Shown one piece after another: positions 9,744-19,235 of a DNA stretch of 64,000 bases (position 1 is its first letter; every line of letters starts with the position of its first letter). The stretch lies in assembly GCA_965602015.1 (NCBI GenBank), contig OZ271918.1:1120001-1184000 (forward strand). Reading direction: 5' to 3'. This stretch comes from Salinispira sp. Its GTDB lineage: Bacteria; Spirochaetota; Spirochaetia; DSM-27196; Salinispiraceae. Both the position numbers and the translations under genes were made by a program. Below the pieces are notes generated by a model. That model did not search any database. It was not told the DNA's origin and saw only the letters and a list, made by a program, of their open reading frames with translations.

Positions 9744-11524
9744 CGCACTCTCCGATAGCCCATGTCTTCGAGGATCTGCCGGGCAACGCTTTCCTCGTCC
9801 CAGGGAATTTTGCCCTCAGCCATAATTATACTCCCCTCATGACCCTTGCCGAGCATGACTACCAGGTCTCCGGGCAGAGCGATTTCAAAGGCCTTTTTGA
9901 TGGCATTCCTCCGGTTGGGAATTTCAAGGATTTCACAAAAACGATCCGATTTTCGGGCTCCCGCGCTGATATGGGAAATAATGGTCTGCTCGTCCTCAAG
10001 CCGCGGGTCTTCATTGGTAATGACCAGTATATCGGCATACTCGGCGGCAATCTGTCCCTGTACCGGGCGTTTTTCCACATCCCGTTCACCGGCGGATCCA
10101 AACACCGCAATAAGCCTTCCCCCGCAGGACTCTCTGAACAGTGGAAAGACCTTGCGGAAGCTGCCGGGGGTATGGGCGTAATCGACAATTGCGCTGAACG
10201 GCTGGCCGTGAAAAAGGGGAAGCATCCGGCCTTTTACGCCCTTAACCGATGCGGCGGCCTTCCCAATCGCATCGGGGGACGCACCAAGGAGGGCATACAG
10301 AACCCCCGCGCATGCCAGAATATTATCAATATTAAACGCCCCGGGAACCGGAAGTTCCACGGCGCTGCTCTGGTTTTGAATACTCAAAGTAAAACTGTTG
10401 CTGTCCGCCCTGCTTTCACAGTCGCTGGCCCGAATCGCCGCAATAGCGCCGCCAGAACCACCCTCGGCTGCGCCGGCATCCTGGCACGCTGAATAGCGCA
10501 GAACCCGGGCTCCGACAGCTTCTGCCAGCTCGGCCATGTAGTCTCCCGAGGGATCGAGAGCGTTTATTACCGCCACCGGTTGCCCCTGTGCCTCCGGGCC
10601 AGCGTTTTTCATGGCCGCGGTAATTTTTTCGCGCACATCCTGCGGCGGGGCTGCGAGCTGCCGGAAAAGATTTCCCTTGTCAGATCGGTACTGTTCAAAG
10701 CTTCCGTGAAACTCCAGATGTTCATGGGTGAGATTGGTAAAAAGAGCCGCATGATATTGCACATCCCTCAGGCGGGAGGTTTTGTGGGACAGGCCGTGGC
10801 TGGTAGATTCCACCACCGCGACGAGCTTTCCCGAGTCGGCCATGCTGCGCAGCAAGCCGTGGATTTCCGGCGCTTCGGGGGTCGACTGCCTCAGGGTATT
10901 GTCCTCTACCGATTCGCCGCTTTGCATGGCCACCGTTGAAATAAATCCCGCGGGGATTCCCAGGCTCTGCACCATTTGATGCAGGTAGGACACCGTTGAG
11001 CTTTTTCCATCGGTGCCCGTCACCCCGATAATCAGCATTTCCCTGGCGGGATAACCGTAAAACGCCGCGGACATGGCGGACAGGGCGGCTTTGGAATCAT
11101 CGCAGCGAATCAACGGGGGAAGGGCTCTTTTGGCCCTGTCTTGCTGCCCGGCGGGCTCATCCCCGTTTGGATTATCTCCGTTTGGATTATCTCCGGTTGG
11201 ATTATCTCCGGTTGGATTATCTCCGGTTGGATTATCCCCGGCTGGATTATCTCCGGCGGTGGTCCTTCCCGAACGCAGCTCTTTGATTACCGGGGTATCA
11301 TTCTGGTATAGAACTGCCGCCGCCCCAGCTTCGATGGCCTGGCCGATAAATCGGTGTCCGTCGGTGTGCATTCCGGGGACCGCAAAAAATAGGGCTCCGG
11401 GCTCAACCCGCCGGGAATCATAGACGATAGATGTAATAAGAGGATCATTTTCCCCAGCCTGGGTCGGGTGAATTACGGCATTCGGATATGCCCGGCAGAG
11501 CGCGGATAAGGGTATTCCAGTCAT
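9740..11524 (-). CDS. murE: UDP-N-acetylmuramoyl-L-alanyl-D-glutamate--diamino acid ligase
   Basis: DSRRV, DGHRFI, GVTGTDGKSST, STPEA, VESTSHGL, TNLTHEHLEFH, VDYAHTP, NEDPR, GKGHE. Carries a GDNPx repeat insertion. Confidence 0.95.
   Translation of the reverse strand: MTGIPLSALCRAYPNAVIHPTQAGENDPLITSIVYDSRRVEPGALFFAVPGMHTDGHRFIGQAIEAGAAAVLYQNDTPVIKELRSGRTTAGDNPAGDNPTGDNPTGDNPTGDNPNGDNPNGDEPAGQQDRAKRALPPLIRCDDSKAALSAMSAAFYGYPAREMLIIGVTGTDGKSSTVSYLHQMVQSLGIPAGFISTVAMQSGESVEDNTLRQSTPEAPEIHGLLRSMADSGKLVAVVESTSHGLSHKTSRLRDVQYHAALFTNLTHEHLEFHGSFEQYRSDKGNLFRQLAAPPQDVREKITAAMKNAGPEAQGQPVAVINALDPSGDYMAELAEAVGARVLRYSACQDAGAAEGGSGGAIAAIRASDCESRADSNSFTLSIQNQSSAVELPVPGAFNIDNILACAGVLYALLGASPDAIGKAAASVKGVKGRMLPLFHGQPFSAIVDYAHTPGSFRKVFPLFRESCGGRLIAVFGSAGERDVEKRPVQGQIAAEYADILVITNEDPRLEDEQTIISHISAGARKSDRFCEILEIPNRRNAIKKAFEIALPGDLVVMLGKGHEGSIIMAEGKIPWDEESVARQILEDMGYRRVR
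11154..11258. repeat. In-frame 15-bp tandem repeat inside murE (6 near-perfect copies plus 1 degenerate), encoding (GDNP[A/T/N])n
   Basis: Unit ggattatctccggtt repeats at 11169, 11184, 11199, 11214, 11229 and 11244; degenerate ggctcatccccgttt at 11154. Confidence 0.95.
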
Positions 11525-11589
11525 GGATTCCGAGTCTATCAGGGGGATGTGAGGACTTCAAGCTATACCAACATCGCGACGGAGGACCG

Positions 11590-13335
11590 GTGGATCATCC
11601 CTATCTAGACAGCCAGCTATTTGCGTACATCGGCAATAAGCGCGCCCTGCTTCCATTTCTCCACGAGGAATTTGCTAAGGTCGCTGAGCAGACCGGTCAA
11701 ACCCGACTTCGCTTTTACGATCCCTTTGCCGGAACCGGAGCGGCATCAAGGCTCGCCCGGTTTATGGGGATGGATGTCCATTCGAATGATTGGGAATACT
11801 ACAGCCAGTTGTACAACCGGGTGTATATCTGCGAAACCAGAGAGTCGGCGGAATCACTCTTCAAGCCCTTCGGAGGTTTGGCGGCCCTTCTCGGGAATAT
11901 CAATGCCCGGGGTCGACAGGCGGCGGCCGACGGGCTGCCCGCCGATGTACCGGCCTACATATCGGCCTTTTACGCACCTCCCGAAACCGACGCCGCGGAC
12001 TACCGCCGGCATCGGCTATTTTACACTGCGGAAAACGCCCGTTTTATTGACTACGTGCGCCATGTAATTGCAGTGGAATTTCCCGACAGGAGCATGGCTG
12101 AGCTCCTTACCGCCCTCCTGCTGTACCAGGCGGGCACCCATGCCAACACCTCAGGAGTTTTCAAGGCATATCACAGGGGATTCGGCGGTTTGGGGGGAGA
12201 TGCGCTCAAGCGCATCATGCATCCAATGGAACTTGCCTACCCGGCGCTGCCCTCCCGGGCCGATCTGCCCGATGATCAGCATTGCTGGGTGACGGGGAAT
12301 GACGCCACGGGGCCCAGCGGTCAGGCCTACGATCTTGTCTATCTCGATCCGCCGTACAACGGCCACCAGTACGGAAGCAATTATTTTATGTTGAACAGCA
12401 TCGCCCGATGGGATAAACCGCCGGTGGACCAGAGCCGGGGGGACGACGGCCGTTTCCGGAAAAAAGCTGCCATCCGTCCCGATTGGGTCAAAACCCGCAG
12501 CGATTTCTGCTACAGCAGCAGCGCTTCCAATGCCTTCCGTGAGCTCCTCAGTAATCTGGATGCTCCGCGGATTCTCCTCAGCTATAACACCGAAGGAATC
12601 ATCCCCTTCGATGAACTGACTGAAATTATGGCCGGTTGCGGCAAACTGAGCATTCACACCCGTGAGTATACAACCTACCGCGGCGGTCGGCAGAGCAACG
12701 GCCGAAAAGTGCGGAACATGGAATTTATCCTATCCCTGGATCGCCGAAAAAGGACCAGCAAAAATGATCTGGAAGAAATCCGCAGGATTTCCGCCTCCCG
12801 ACGTCTGGAGCGCCTTACCCAGGCTTCCTTCGATCCGCAGCAGGTTCCGGTGATGAATCATCACACCAAAAGCCGGGGAAGCGAATCAAGTGCCCGGCTC
12901 CAAATAGGCGGTGTAGGGGATGTCAGGATGCCGTTTTTCTTTGAGTTCTCCCCGGAAGCCCGGGAGGCCATCAAGCGCGGTATGGTCTCCATGGATATTG
13001 AGACCATTGAGGAGCTGGGAGATCAGCTTGAGGAAGTAACCCTGCCGGGCCACATCGAGCGCTCGCAGATACTCGTAGAGATTATCGAAAGCCGATATCA
13101 AAACGGGGAAGACTGGAAACAGTATGCCGACAGCCTGTTGTGGAGCCTAAAAAAGTTCGCCTTCCGCAAGTATGCCGATGACTTTCGGCAAATAGTTCAG
13201 CAGATAAAAAACCGCATTGATTCCGGGAAGCTGCCGGATTTCTCACAACGCCTTGGCGCTCTGGAGCTTCGGGTTGCCAGGCGTATTGCCGGCAGTTCTC
13301 CGAGAACCGTGAGGGAGACCGCAGCGCCGGAGTGA
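11590..13335 (+). CDS. DNA adenine (N6) methyltransferase, D12/FokI-like, with C-terminal extension
   Basis: YIGNK, motif I DPFAGTG, ANTSG, motif IV YLDPPYN..QYGSNY, LSYN.EG. Start GTG 11590 follows a GGAGG RBS at 11581. Confidence 0.9.
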   Translation: MDHPYLDSQLFAYIGNKRALLPFLHEEFAKVAEQTGQTRLRFYDPFAGTGAASRLARFMGMDVHSNDWEYYSQLYNRVYICETRESAESLFKPFGGLAALLGNINARGRQAAADGLPADVPAYISAFYAPPETDAADYRRHRLFYTAENARFIDYVRHVIAVEFPDRSMAELLTALLLYQAGTHANTSGVFKAYHRGFGGLGGDALKRIMHPMELAYPALPSRADLPDDQHCWVTGNDATGPSGQAYDLVYLDPPYNGHQYGSNYFMLNSIARWDKPPVDQSRGDDGRFRKKAAIRPDWVKTRSDFCYSSSASNAFRELLSNLDAPRILLSYNTEGIIPFDELTEIMAGCGKLSIHTREYTTYRGGRQSNGRKVRNMEFILSLDRRKRTSKNDLEEIRRISASRRLERLTQASFDPQQVPVMNHHTKSRGSESSARLQIGGVGDVRMPFFFEFSPEAREAIKRGMVSMDIETIEELGDQLEEVTLPGHIERSQILVEIIESRYQNGEDWKQYADSLLWSLKKFAFRKYADDFRQIVQQIKNRIDSGKLPDFSQRLGALELRVARRIAGSSPRTVRETAAPE

Positions 13336-13363
13336 CGGCCATGTACGGCTGCTTTGTGCCCTG

Positions 13364-13394
13364 AAAAAAAACACCCGGGAACCGGTCCCGGGTG
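13364..13394 (-). terminator. Rho-independent terminator downstream of hflC
   Basis: Perfect 9-bp stem cacccggga / tcccgggtg with a 5-nt loop and an 8-A run on the left, which is a U-tract on the minus strand. Confidence 0.85.
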
Positions 13395-13419
13395 CTGTAA
13401 TCTGTAATCAGCCTGTGCG

Positions 13420-14439
13420 CTAATTTCCCTGCTCGTTGTACAGGAAGTTGAAATAGTCCATATCCGTTGAGAGGGTTTTCTGGAAGCCCGGAACTGTTCG
13501 CCGGTAACTCTCAATCGCCCTCCAGAACTCGAAGAACTCGGGATCTTGGGTGTAGGACTGGGAGTAAATCCGGGCAGCCTCAGCATCGGCCTGACCGCGG
13601 ATTATTTCCGCCTGTTCGTATCCTTCAGAGAGTATGCTGCGCTTCTCGTTCTCAAGCAGACCGAGGAGCTCCTGACGCTGACCTTCACCGAAACTTCGGT
13701 AAAACTCGGCTATCCGGTTTCGCTCGGAAATCATACGGTCGTAGACCCGTTCGATGAGGTCGTCGCTGTAGCGCACGTGACGGATCACCAGGTCGATGAG
13801 CTCGATGCCGAGTTCCTCAATGGTAGGCTGGCTGATTCTCAGGGCGTCCGCGCTGAGCTGGCTTCGTCCCCGGTCGATGTTGGGCTGGCTGCCCGTACTG
13901 GTGGCCTGAGCCAACTGGGCCTCAAACTCGGCCTGATCGAATCCCTCGGCGGACACCGAAATGGTTGACAGCTCTTCTGCGTCCACCGCAACCTGATTTA
14001 TGAGGTTGGAATCCCGAACGATGGAATTCAGAGTGTTCTGACTGACCACCGTTCTCACCGCAGATTCGATGACATCGTCAAGGCGCCGCTGCGCCGCGGA
14101 AATGGTAACTCCGAGACGGGAATAAAACTGCGCCGGGTCGCTGATTCGCCATCGTGCGGTGGTATCGAGTATAATAAACTCTCCTCCCACCGTCGGCATG
14201 GGAATCGGCGCTCCGTCCCACGGTTGAATCTTTTTGCTATAAATTTGAACGTTATCGATAAAGGGGGTCTTGAACTTCAGTCCCGCCTCGGTATCGGCCC
14301 TGACAATCTGACCGAATCGCAGGATTACCGCCTGCTCACCCTCGTTGAGGATGTAAAAGGGTCCGAGAACAAAGAACAGGATTCCCAGAAGCACAATAAC
14401 GCTGACCGCGATGATTAGTCTTCTCATTGGTTTATTCAT
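13420..14439 (-). CDS. hflC: FtsH protease modulator HflC (SPFH/band 7)
   Basis: N-terminal TM, EQAVILRFG, GLKFKTPF, RMISER, GQADAEAARIY, DPEFFEFWRAIESY. Overlaps hflK by 4 bp. Confidence 0.93.
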   Translation of the reverse strand: MNKPMRRLIIAVSVIVLLGILFFVLGPFYILNEGEQAVILRFGQIVRADTEAGLKFKTPFIDNVQIYSKKIQPWDGAPIPMPTVGGEFIILDTTARWRISDPAQFYSRLGVTISAAQRRLDDVIESAVRTVVSQNTLNSIVRDSNLINQVAVDAEELSTISVSAEGFDQAEFEAQLAQATSTGSQPNIDRGRSQLSADALRISQPTIEELGIELIDLVIRHVRYSDDLIERVYDRMISERNRIAEFYRSFGEGQRQELLGLLENEKRSILSEGYEQAEIIRGQADAEAARIYSQSYTQDPEFFEFWRAIESYRRTVPGFQKTLSTDMDYFNFLYNEQGN

Positions 14440-15428
14440 TGCTGTCCCCCTGCCTGATCCTGTCCGAGATTCAGCAGCGGTATAAAATTCTGCAGATCCT
14501 TGTCAATTAATGTGGTGGCTTCCGCATCGGCGAAAATCTCTTCCATCATTTCGAAATACAGACGGGTGCGGGTCGTTTGCGGTTCATTCCGGTACTCGGA
14601 AAGGACAGAATTAAACCGGGCAACGTCTCCCTCAGCCCGGTTAATGCGCTCGTTGGCATAACCCTGGGCAGTCTGTATAACCCGTTCCCGCTCACCTCTG
14701 GCTCGGGGAATCTCCGTGTTGTAGGCCTGCTGACCTTCGTTTATCAGCCGCTCCATATCCTGCTGGGCGTCCTGAACATCCTTGAATGCCTCTTCAACCC
14801 GGCCGCTGGGGGGAACAATATTACCTAATTCCACGGTGGTGACATTGATGCCCAACTCGTAGTTATCAAAAATATCATTCATTTCCTGACGGGCGAGACC
14901 CTCGATTTCTGTTCGCGCCGGACCGAGAACCGCGTTGAGGCTCCGGTCGCCGACCAGCTTGTTGATCACTGATTTTGAGATATCGCTGATGGTCTTGTAG
15001 GGATCGTCGACGTTGAACAGCCATGCGCTGGGATCATCGATGAGGAACTGAATAACCCACTCTACATCTATAATATTGATATCTCCGGTGAGCATAACCG
15101 ATTCTTCGGGATATTCCGCCGTATCGTAGATCGTTTCTACTCCCGCCTGTAGCGTCCGGAATCCGAAGGACATCGACTGGTTGAGTTCGGTGGGAACAAT
15201 AAAATGCTGCTCAATTCCGAAGGGAATCTTGAAGTGCAATCCGGCACCCCGGGTACGGTGATATCGCCCCAAACGGGTCACCACGGCCTGTTCGGTGGCA
15301 TCGACCTGAAAGAAGGTGCTCAAGGCCCCTCCGAGGGCGACCAGTCCGACCAGAATCAGGATGATCATGCTTGTGGTTATCACTGCGCCCGAACGTCGGC
15401 CTGAACCGCGTCCATTTGCATCTGACAT
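14436..15428 (-). CDS. hflK: FtsH protease modulator HflK (SPFH/band 7)
   Basis: TM segment, EQAVVTRLG, MLTGDINIIDVEWVIQ, IPRARGE, AEGDVARF, TRTRLYFE. Confidence 0.93.
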   Translation of the reverse strand: MSDANGRGSGRRSGAVITTSMIILILVGLVALGGALSTFFQVDATEQAVVTRLGRYHRTRGAGLHFKIPFGIEQHFIVPTELNQSMSFGFRTLQAGVETIYDTAEYPEESVMLTGDINIIDVEWVIQFLIDDPSAWLFNVDDPYKTISDISKSVINKLVGDRSLNAVLGPARTEIEGLARQEMNDIFDNYELGINVTTVELGNIVPPSGRVEEAFKDVQDAQQDMERLINEGQQAYNTEIPRARGERERVIQTAQGYANERINRAEGDVARFNSVLSEYRNEPQTTRTRLYFEMMEEIFADAEATTLIDKDLQNFIPLLNLGQDQAGGQQ

Positions 15429-15580
15429 ACTGCCTCCTGTGTTCTTTTCACTACCTGTACCGTTGGTATGGCAGCATATTCAAAGTATACCGCATTAGCC
15501 TAGGGGTCAAACCCGGCCCGCTTGAAATTCGCTTTTCGATGCGCATTTGCCGAAGTACCTTTTCCCATAGGGAGACATCT

Positions 15581-16372
15581 ATGAAAAAATGGCTAAAAAT
15601 TGCCGGAGGGCTGGCTCTCGGCCTTCCGCTGGCGTTTATTATTGTCATCGGCGTGATTGCTTTTGCCGACGGCGCCTTGGGCCTGCAGGCCACTGATTTC
15701 TATCAGGGTACTGACGGCTACGCGGTGTTTCGCCCGGAGGACTACGGGAGCGGGTTCTCCAATCAGGACCTGCCGGCGGTGCTGCTTATTCACGAGTGGT
15801 GGGGACTGAATGCCGAGCACCTTGAAAAAGCCGAGGAACTGGCCCGTCAGGGTTATGTGGTGTACGCTCCCGACGCCTACGGCGGAAGGCTGGCGGTGAG
15901 CGTGCCGGGAGCCCTCTTTCTCACCTTCACCCAGGATCTGGGGGACATTCACGGGAGAATCGATGCGGCCTACCAGGCAATGCTTCGGGACCCCCAGGTG
16001 GATGAATCCCGCAGCGCGGTCGCGGGTTTCTGCTTCGGCGGACGACATGCCATGATGCTGGGCATCCGGGATGACCGCCCTGCAGCCACCGTTACCTTTT
16101 ACGGCAGCTCTCTGGTGACCAATCCAGCCCTCATGGGCAGTTTGGGACGGAACGGCCCGGTTCTCGGGATATTCGGCGAAGAAGATACCAGCATTCCCCT
16201 GGATGAGGTCGCCGCCTTCAACGCCGCCCTCAATAACAGAGGGGTTGATTACCGCGAGTACATTTACCCCGGGGTGGGGCACGCCTTCGTCAAGGCCGAT
16301 AATATAAATCTACCGGGACCGGCGGGGGAGGCCTGGGCGGTGTTCCTGGCGTTTCTCGAAGAGGTTTTGTAG
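15581..16372 (+). CDS. Dienelactone hydrolase family protein with N-terminal membrane anchor
   Basis: IHEWWGLN, GFCFGG nucleophile motif, GEEDTSIP, YPGVGHAF. ATG 15581 follows a GGAG RBS. Confidence 0.9.
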   Translation: MKKWLKIAGGLALGLPLAFIIVIGVIAFADGALGLQATDFYQGTDGYAVFRPEDYGSGFSNQDLPAVLLIHEWWGLNAEHLEKAEELARQGYVVYAPDAYGGRLAVSVPGALFLTFTQDLGDIHGRIDAAYQAMLRDPQVDESRSAVAGFCFGGRHAMMLGIRDDRPAATVTFYGSSLVTNPALMGSLGRNGPVLGIFGEEDTSIPLDEVAAFNAALNNRGVDYREYIYPGVGHAFVKADNINLPGPAGEAWAVFLAFLEEVL

Positions 16373-16398
16373 GTCACGCGCCTTTGTAGGTCACGCGC
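16366..16398. repeat. 16-bp direct duplication spanning the stop codon of the hydrolase gene
   Basis: tttgtaggtcacgcgc at 16366-16381 and again at 16383-16398. Confidence 0.85.
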
Positions 16399-16463
16399 AT
16401 AAGACCGGAGGCTCGCCGAAAGCACAGGCCGCCGGAAACCGAAGCTGTTGTGGGTTTCTGTGC

Positions 16464-16895
16464 TTAGCCCCCGGCCTTCCCCAGGGCGGCCACAAGCTGA
16501 TGGAGGCGCTGTTTATCGGCCTCGGGCAGCCGGTGGGCGAATTTTTGCTCGAAATGCTTCAATCCGTCAAACTCCAGGTTGGTAAAGCTCAGTTTCCCGT
16601 CAGAAGCTCCCGACAGACCGCCGCTGAAGAAATCCAGGAAAAAGCCGCAGAGGGCATGAACCTTATCCAGACCGTAGTGCTTGCGCAGATGGGCTATCAG
16701 CTCCCTGGGTATTGCCAGGGCTTCGGTGAGTTCCAGACTCCCCTCGGCCTTCCAGAGATCGGAGAGCATTTCGACGAATAGCGCCGCCGATTCGTCGGCC
16801 ACCATTTCGAGGTGACGCCTGGTAATCTCACTTGCCCGGTGGATAAAAACCTGACCGGCGCTCCGTTCACTGTCAGAATTGGACGTAGTTGACAT
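16464..16895 (-). CDS. Hypothetical protein (helical)
   Basis: 143-aa ORF that fills the gap between the hydrolase and metG; no recognised motif. Confidence 0.6.
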   Translation of the reverse strand: MSTTSNSDSERSAGQVFIHRASEITRRHLEMVADESAALFVEMLSDLWKAEGSLELTEALAIPRELIAHLRKHYGLDKVHALCGFFLDFFSGGLSGASDGKLSFTNLEFDGLKHFEQKFAHRLPEADKQRLHQLVAALGKAGG

Positions 16896-16925
16896 GGCTT
16901 TCTTCTGCCCCCTATATTGTGCGAT

Positions 16926-19235
16926 ATGAAGAAACGACTAGTGACCAGCGCACTGCCCTATGTTAACAATATTCCCCACCTTGGGAACCTCATTCAGGTG
17001 CTCTCCGCAGATGTTTTTGCCCGTTTTTGCCGGCAGCGCGGCTATGAGACCCTCTATGTGTGCGGTAGTGATGAGTACGGCACAGCCACAGAAACCCGGG
17101 CCCGGGAAGAAGGGGTTACTCCACGGGAATTGTGCGACCGCAATCATGCGGTTCACCGGGACATCTACCGCTGGTTTACTATCGATTTTGATCATTATGG
17201 AAGAACCTCTACGGAATACCAAACCACAATCGTTCAGTCCATTTTCACCGACGTATACAACGCGGGATACATCACCAAACGCAGCATTAAACAGCTGTAC
17301 TCCGAAAAGAGCGACATGTTCCTCGCCGACCGCTACGTTAAGGGCGAGTGCCCCTACTGTCATTACGATGACGCCCGGGGCGACCAATGCGAGAATTGCG
17401 GAAAACTGTTAGATCCCGAACTGCTCATAAACCCGGTGAGCATTATGGACAACAGCAGGCCGGTATTAAAGGAAACCACTCATTTATATATCGACCTTCC
17501 CAAAATCCTTCCGCTCCTGCAGGAATGGATGAGCGAGGCCAGCGACCGGGGACGCTGGGCCCGCAATGCGATTCAAATGACCCAGGCATGGATTCGGGAC
17601 GGGCTCAAGGAGCGGGCGATCACCAGGGATTTGAAGTGGGGAATACCGGTGCCTCTGGAAGGCTTCGAAGACAAGGTTTTTTATGTGTGGTTCGACGCCC
17701 CCATCGGATATATTTCCATCAGCGCGGAGCACGCTGCCAACAGCGGCGACGGGGAATCCTGGAAGAGCTGGTGGCAGAATCCCGATGAAGTCGAGCTTTT
17801 TCAGTTTATCGGCAAGGATAACATCCCCTTTCATACGGTCATTTTCCCCAGTTCCCTGTTAGCCAGCGGCACCCGGTGGACCATGCTGCATCACATGAGC
17901 AGTTCGGAATACATGAACTACGAGTCGGGAAAATTCTCGAAAAGCAAGGGAGTCGGGGTATTTGGAAACGACGCCCAGGACACCGGAATCCCCGCCGACG
18001 TTTGGCGTTTTTACATTTTCTATAACAGACCCGAGACCAGCGATTTTGCCTTCACCTGGAAGGACTTCCAGGAGAAGACCAACAAGGAGCTCATCGGCAA
18101 TCTCGCGAATTTGGTGAACCGTACCTTGAGTTTTTCCCTGAGGTTCTTTGACGGTCAGATCGACAGACCGCGGGAAGATGACGAGTTCAGCGCATCCTTT
18201 TGGGCGGAGGTGAGAAAACTCCAGGCGGAAATCACCGAGCATTTGGAATGGGCCCAACTGAGAGATGCATTCCGTAAAATTTTCGCCCTGTCGAGTTACG
18301 GCAACAAGGTGTTTCAGGAAAGCGAACCCTGGAAACTCAAGGAGAGTGATCCTGATAAGGCCCGGATCGTGCTTTCCAACCTTGCCTTTCTGGTCAGGGA
18401 TCTTTCAGTGATGATCCGTCCCTTTATCCCCGAAACAGCTGACCGCATTGCGTCCTTCCTCGGATGGGAATCCCGTGACTGGGACTGCCTGGGCGATTTG
18501 TCAGCTGATATTTCCATCGCTAAGGCGGAAATCCTGTTTAAGCAACTTGACGACAGTCTCATCGATTCCCTTCGCGAGCGCTTTGCCGGCAGTCAGGCTG
18601 ATCGGGCGAAGGCATCGGAGCGGAAACAGTCCGCGGGCAAGGCTCCCGCCGGCAAAAACAGCGCCGGCGGCGGCCCGGTCGGGGAAAAAAAGAGCCTCAG
18701 CAAGGCCGAGAAAATAGCAAAACAGGATAAGGGACTGACCCTGGAACAGCGCTTTGCCAAAAGGATCGAGCTGAGGGTGGCCCGAATCACCGAAGTGACG
18801 CGGCATCCCGAGGCAGAGAAACTCTTCATCGAAACCCTGGACGACGGCAGCGGCGAGCCCCGCCACATTGTTTCCGGCCTGGTAGGGCATTACAGCGAGG
18901 ATGAGCTCAGGGGACGGAATATAATCCTTGTGGCAAATCTCAAGCCGGCTAAACTGCGTGGCGTTAAAAGTTACGGCATGCTCCTGGCTGCAAGCAACAA
19001 GGCGGAAGGCGACGGTACAGTTGAGGTGATTTTCGCCGACCACGCCAGCCCGGGAGATCAGATATGCCTTGCAGGCGAGGATCCCAGCGGCCCGAAGGAC
19101 CGAATCGATATCGATACCTTTTTTGACATTCCCATCCGCGCGGAAAATGCCCTGGTGAAGGTCGGAAAGACGGCCCTCACCGCCGACGGGAGGGAGCTGC
19201 GAAGCGCCGTCGTGCGCGACGGTGAAGTGGGGTGA
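16926..19235 (+). CDS. metG: Methionine--tRNA ligase with C-terminal tRNA-binding (OB) domain
   Basis: TSALPYVNNIPHLGN, two CxxC zinc-knuckle pairs, YVWFDAP, GKDN, KFSKS, C-terminal NLKPAKLRGVKSYGMLL. Confidence 0.97.
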   Translation: MKKRLVTSALPYVNNIPHLGNLIQVLSADVFARFCRQRGYETLYVCGSDEYGTATETRAREEGVTPRELCDRNHAVHRDIYRWFTIDFDHYGRTSTEYQTTIVQSIFTDVYNAGYITKRSIKQLYSEKSDMFLADRYVKGECPYCHYDDARGDQCENCGKLLDPELLINPVSIMDNSRPVLKETTHLYIDLPKILPLLQEWMSEASDRGRWARNAIQMTQAWIRDGLKERAITRDLKWGIPVPLEGFEDKVFYVWFDAPIGYISISAEHAANSGDGESWKSWWQNPDEVELFQFIGKDNIPFHTVIFPSSLLASGTRWTMLHHMSSSEYMNYESGKFSKSKGVGVFGNDAQDTGIPADVWRFYIFYNRPETSDFAFTWKDFQEKTNKELIGNLANLVNRTLSFSLRFFDGQIDRPREDDEFSASFWAEVRKLQAEITEHLEWAQLRDAFRKIFALSSYGNKVFQESEPWKLKESDPDKARIVLSNLAFLVRDLSVMIRPFIPETADRIASFLGWESRDWDCLGDLSADISIAKAEILFKQLDDSLIDSLRERFAGSQADRAKASERKQSAGKAPAGKNSAGGGPVGEKKSLSKAEKIAKQDKGLTLEQRFAKRIELRVARITEVTRHPEAEKLFIETLDDGSGEPRHIVSGLVGHYSEDELRGRNIILVANLKPAKLRGVKSYGMLLAASNKAEGDGTVEVIFADHASPGDQICLAGEDPSGPKDRIDIDTFFDIPIRAENALVKVGKTALTADGRELRSAVVRDGEVG

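Noticed and set aside
11154..11258. Tandem repeat as a possible CRISPR array
   Set aside because: Units are 15 bp with no spacers, lie in frame within murE, and no cas genes are nearby.
11590..13335. Methyltransferase as the marker of a defence island or prophage
   Set aside because: It is flanked by murE and hflC, with no integrase, nuclease, att-like repeat or visible compositional shift.
16366..16398. 16-bp duplication as a transposon target-site duplication
   Set aside because: The copies are adjacent with no element between them, so replication slippage is the simpler explanation.
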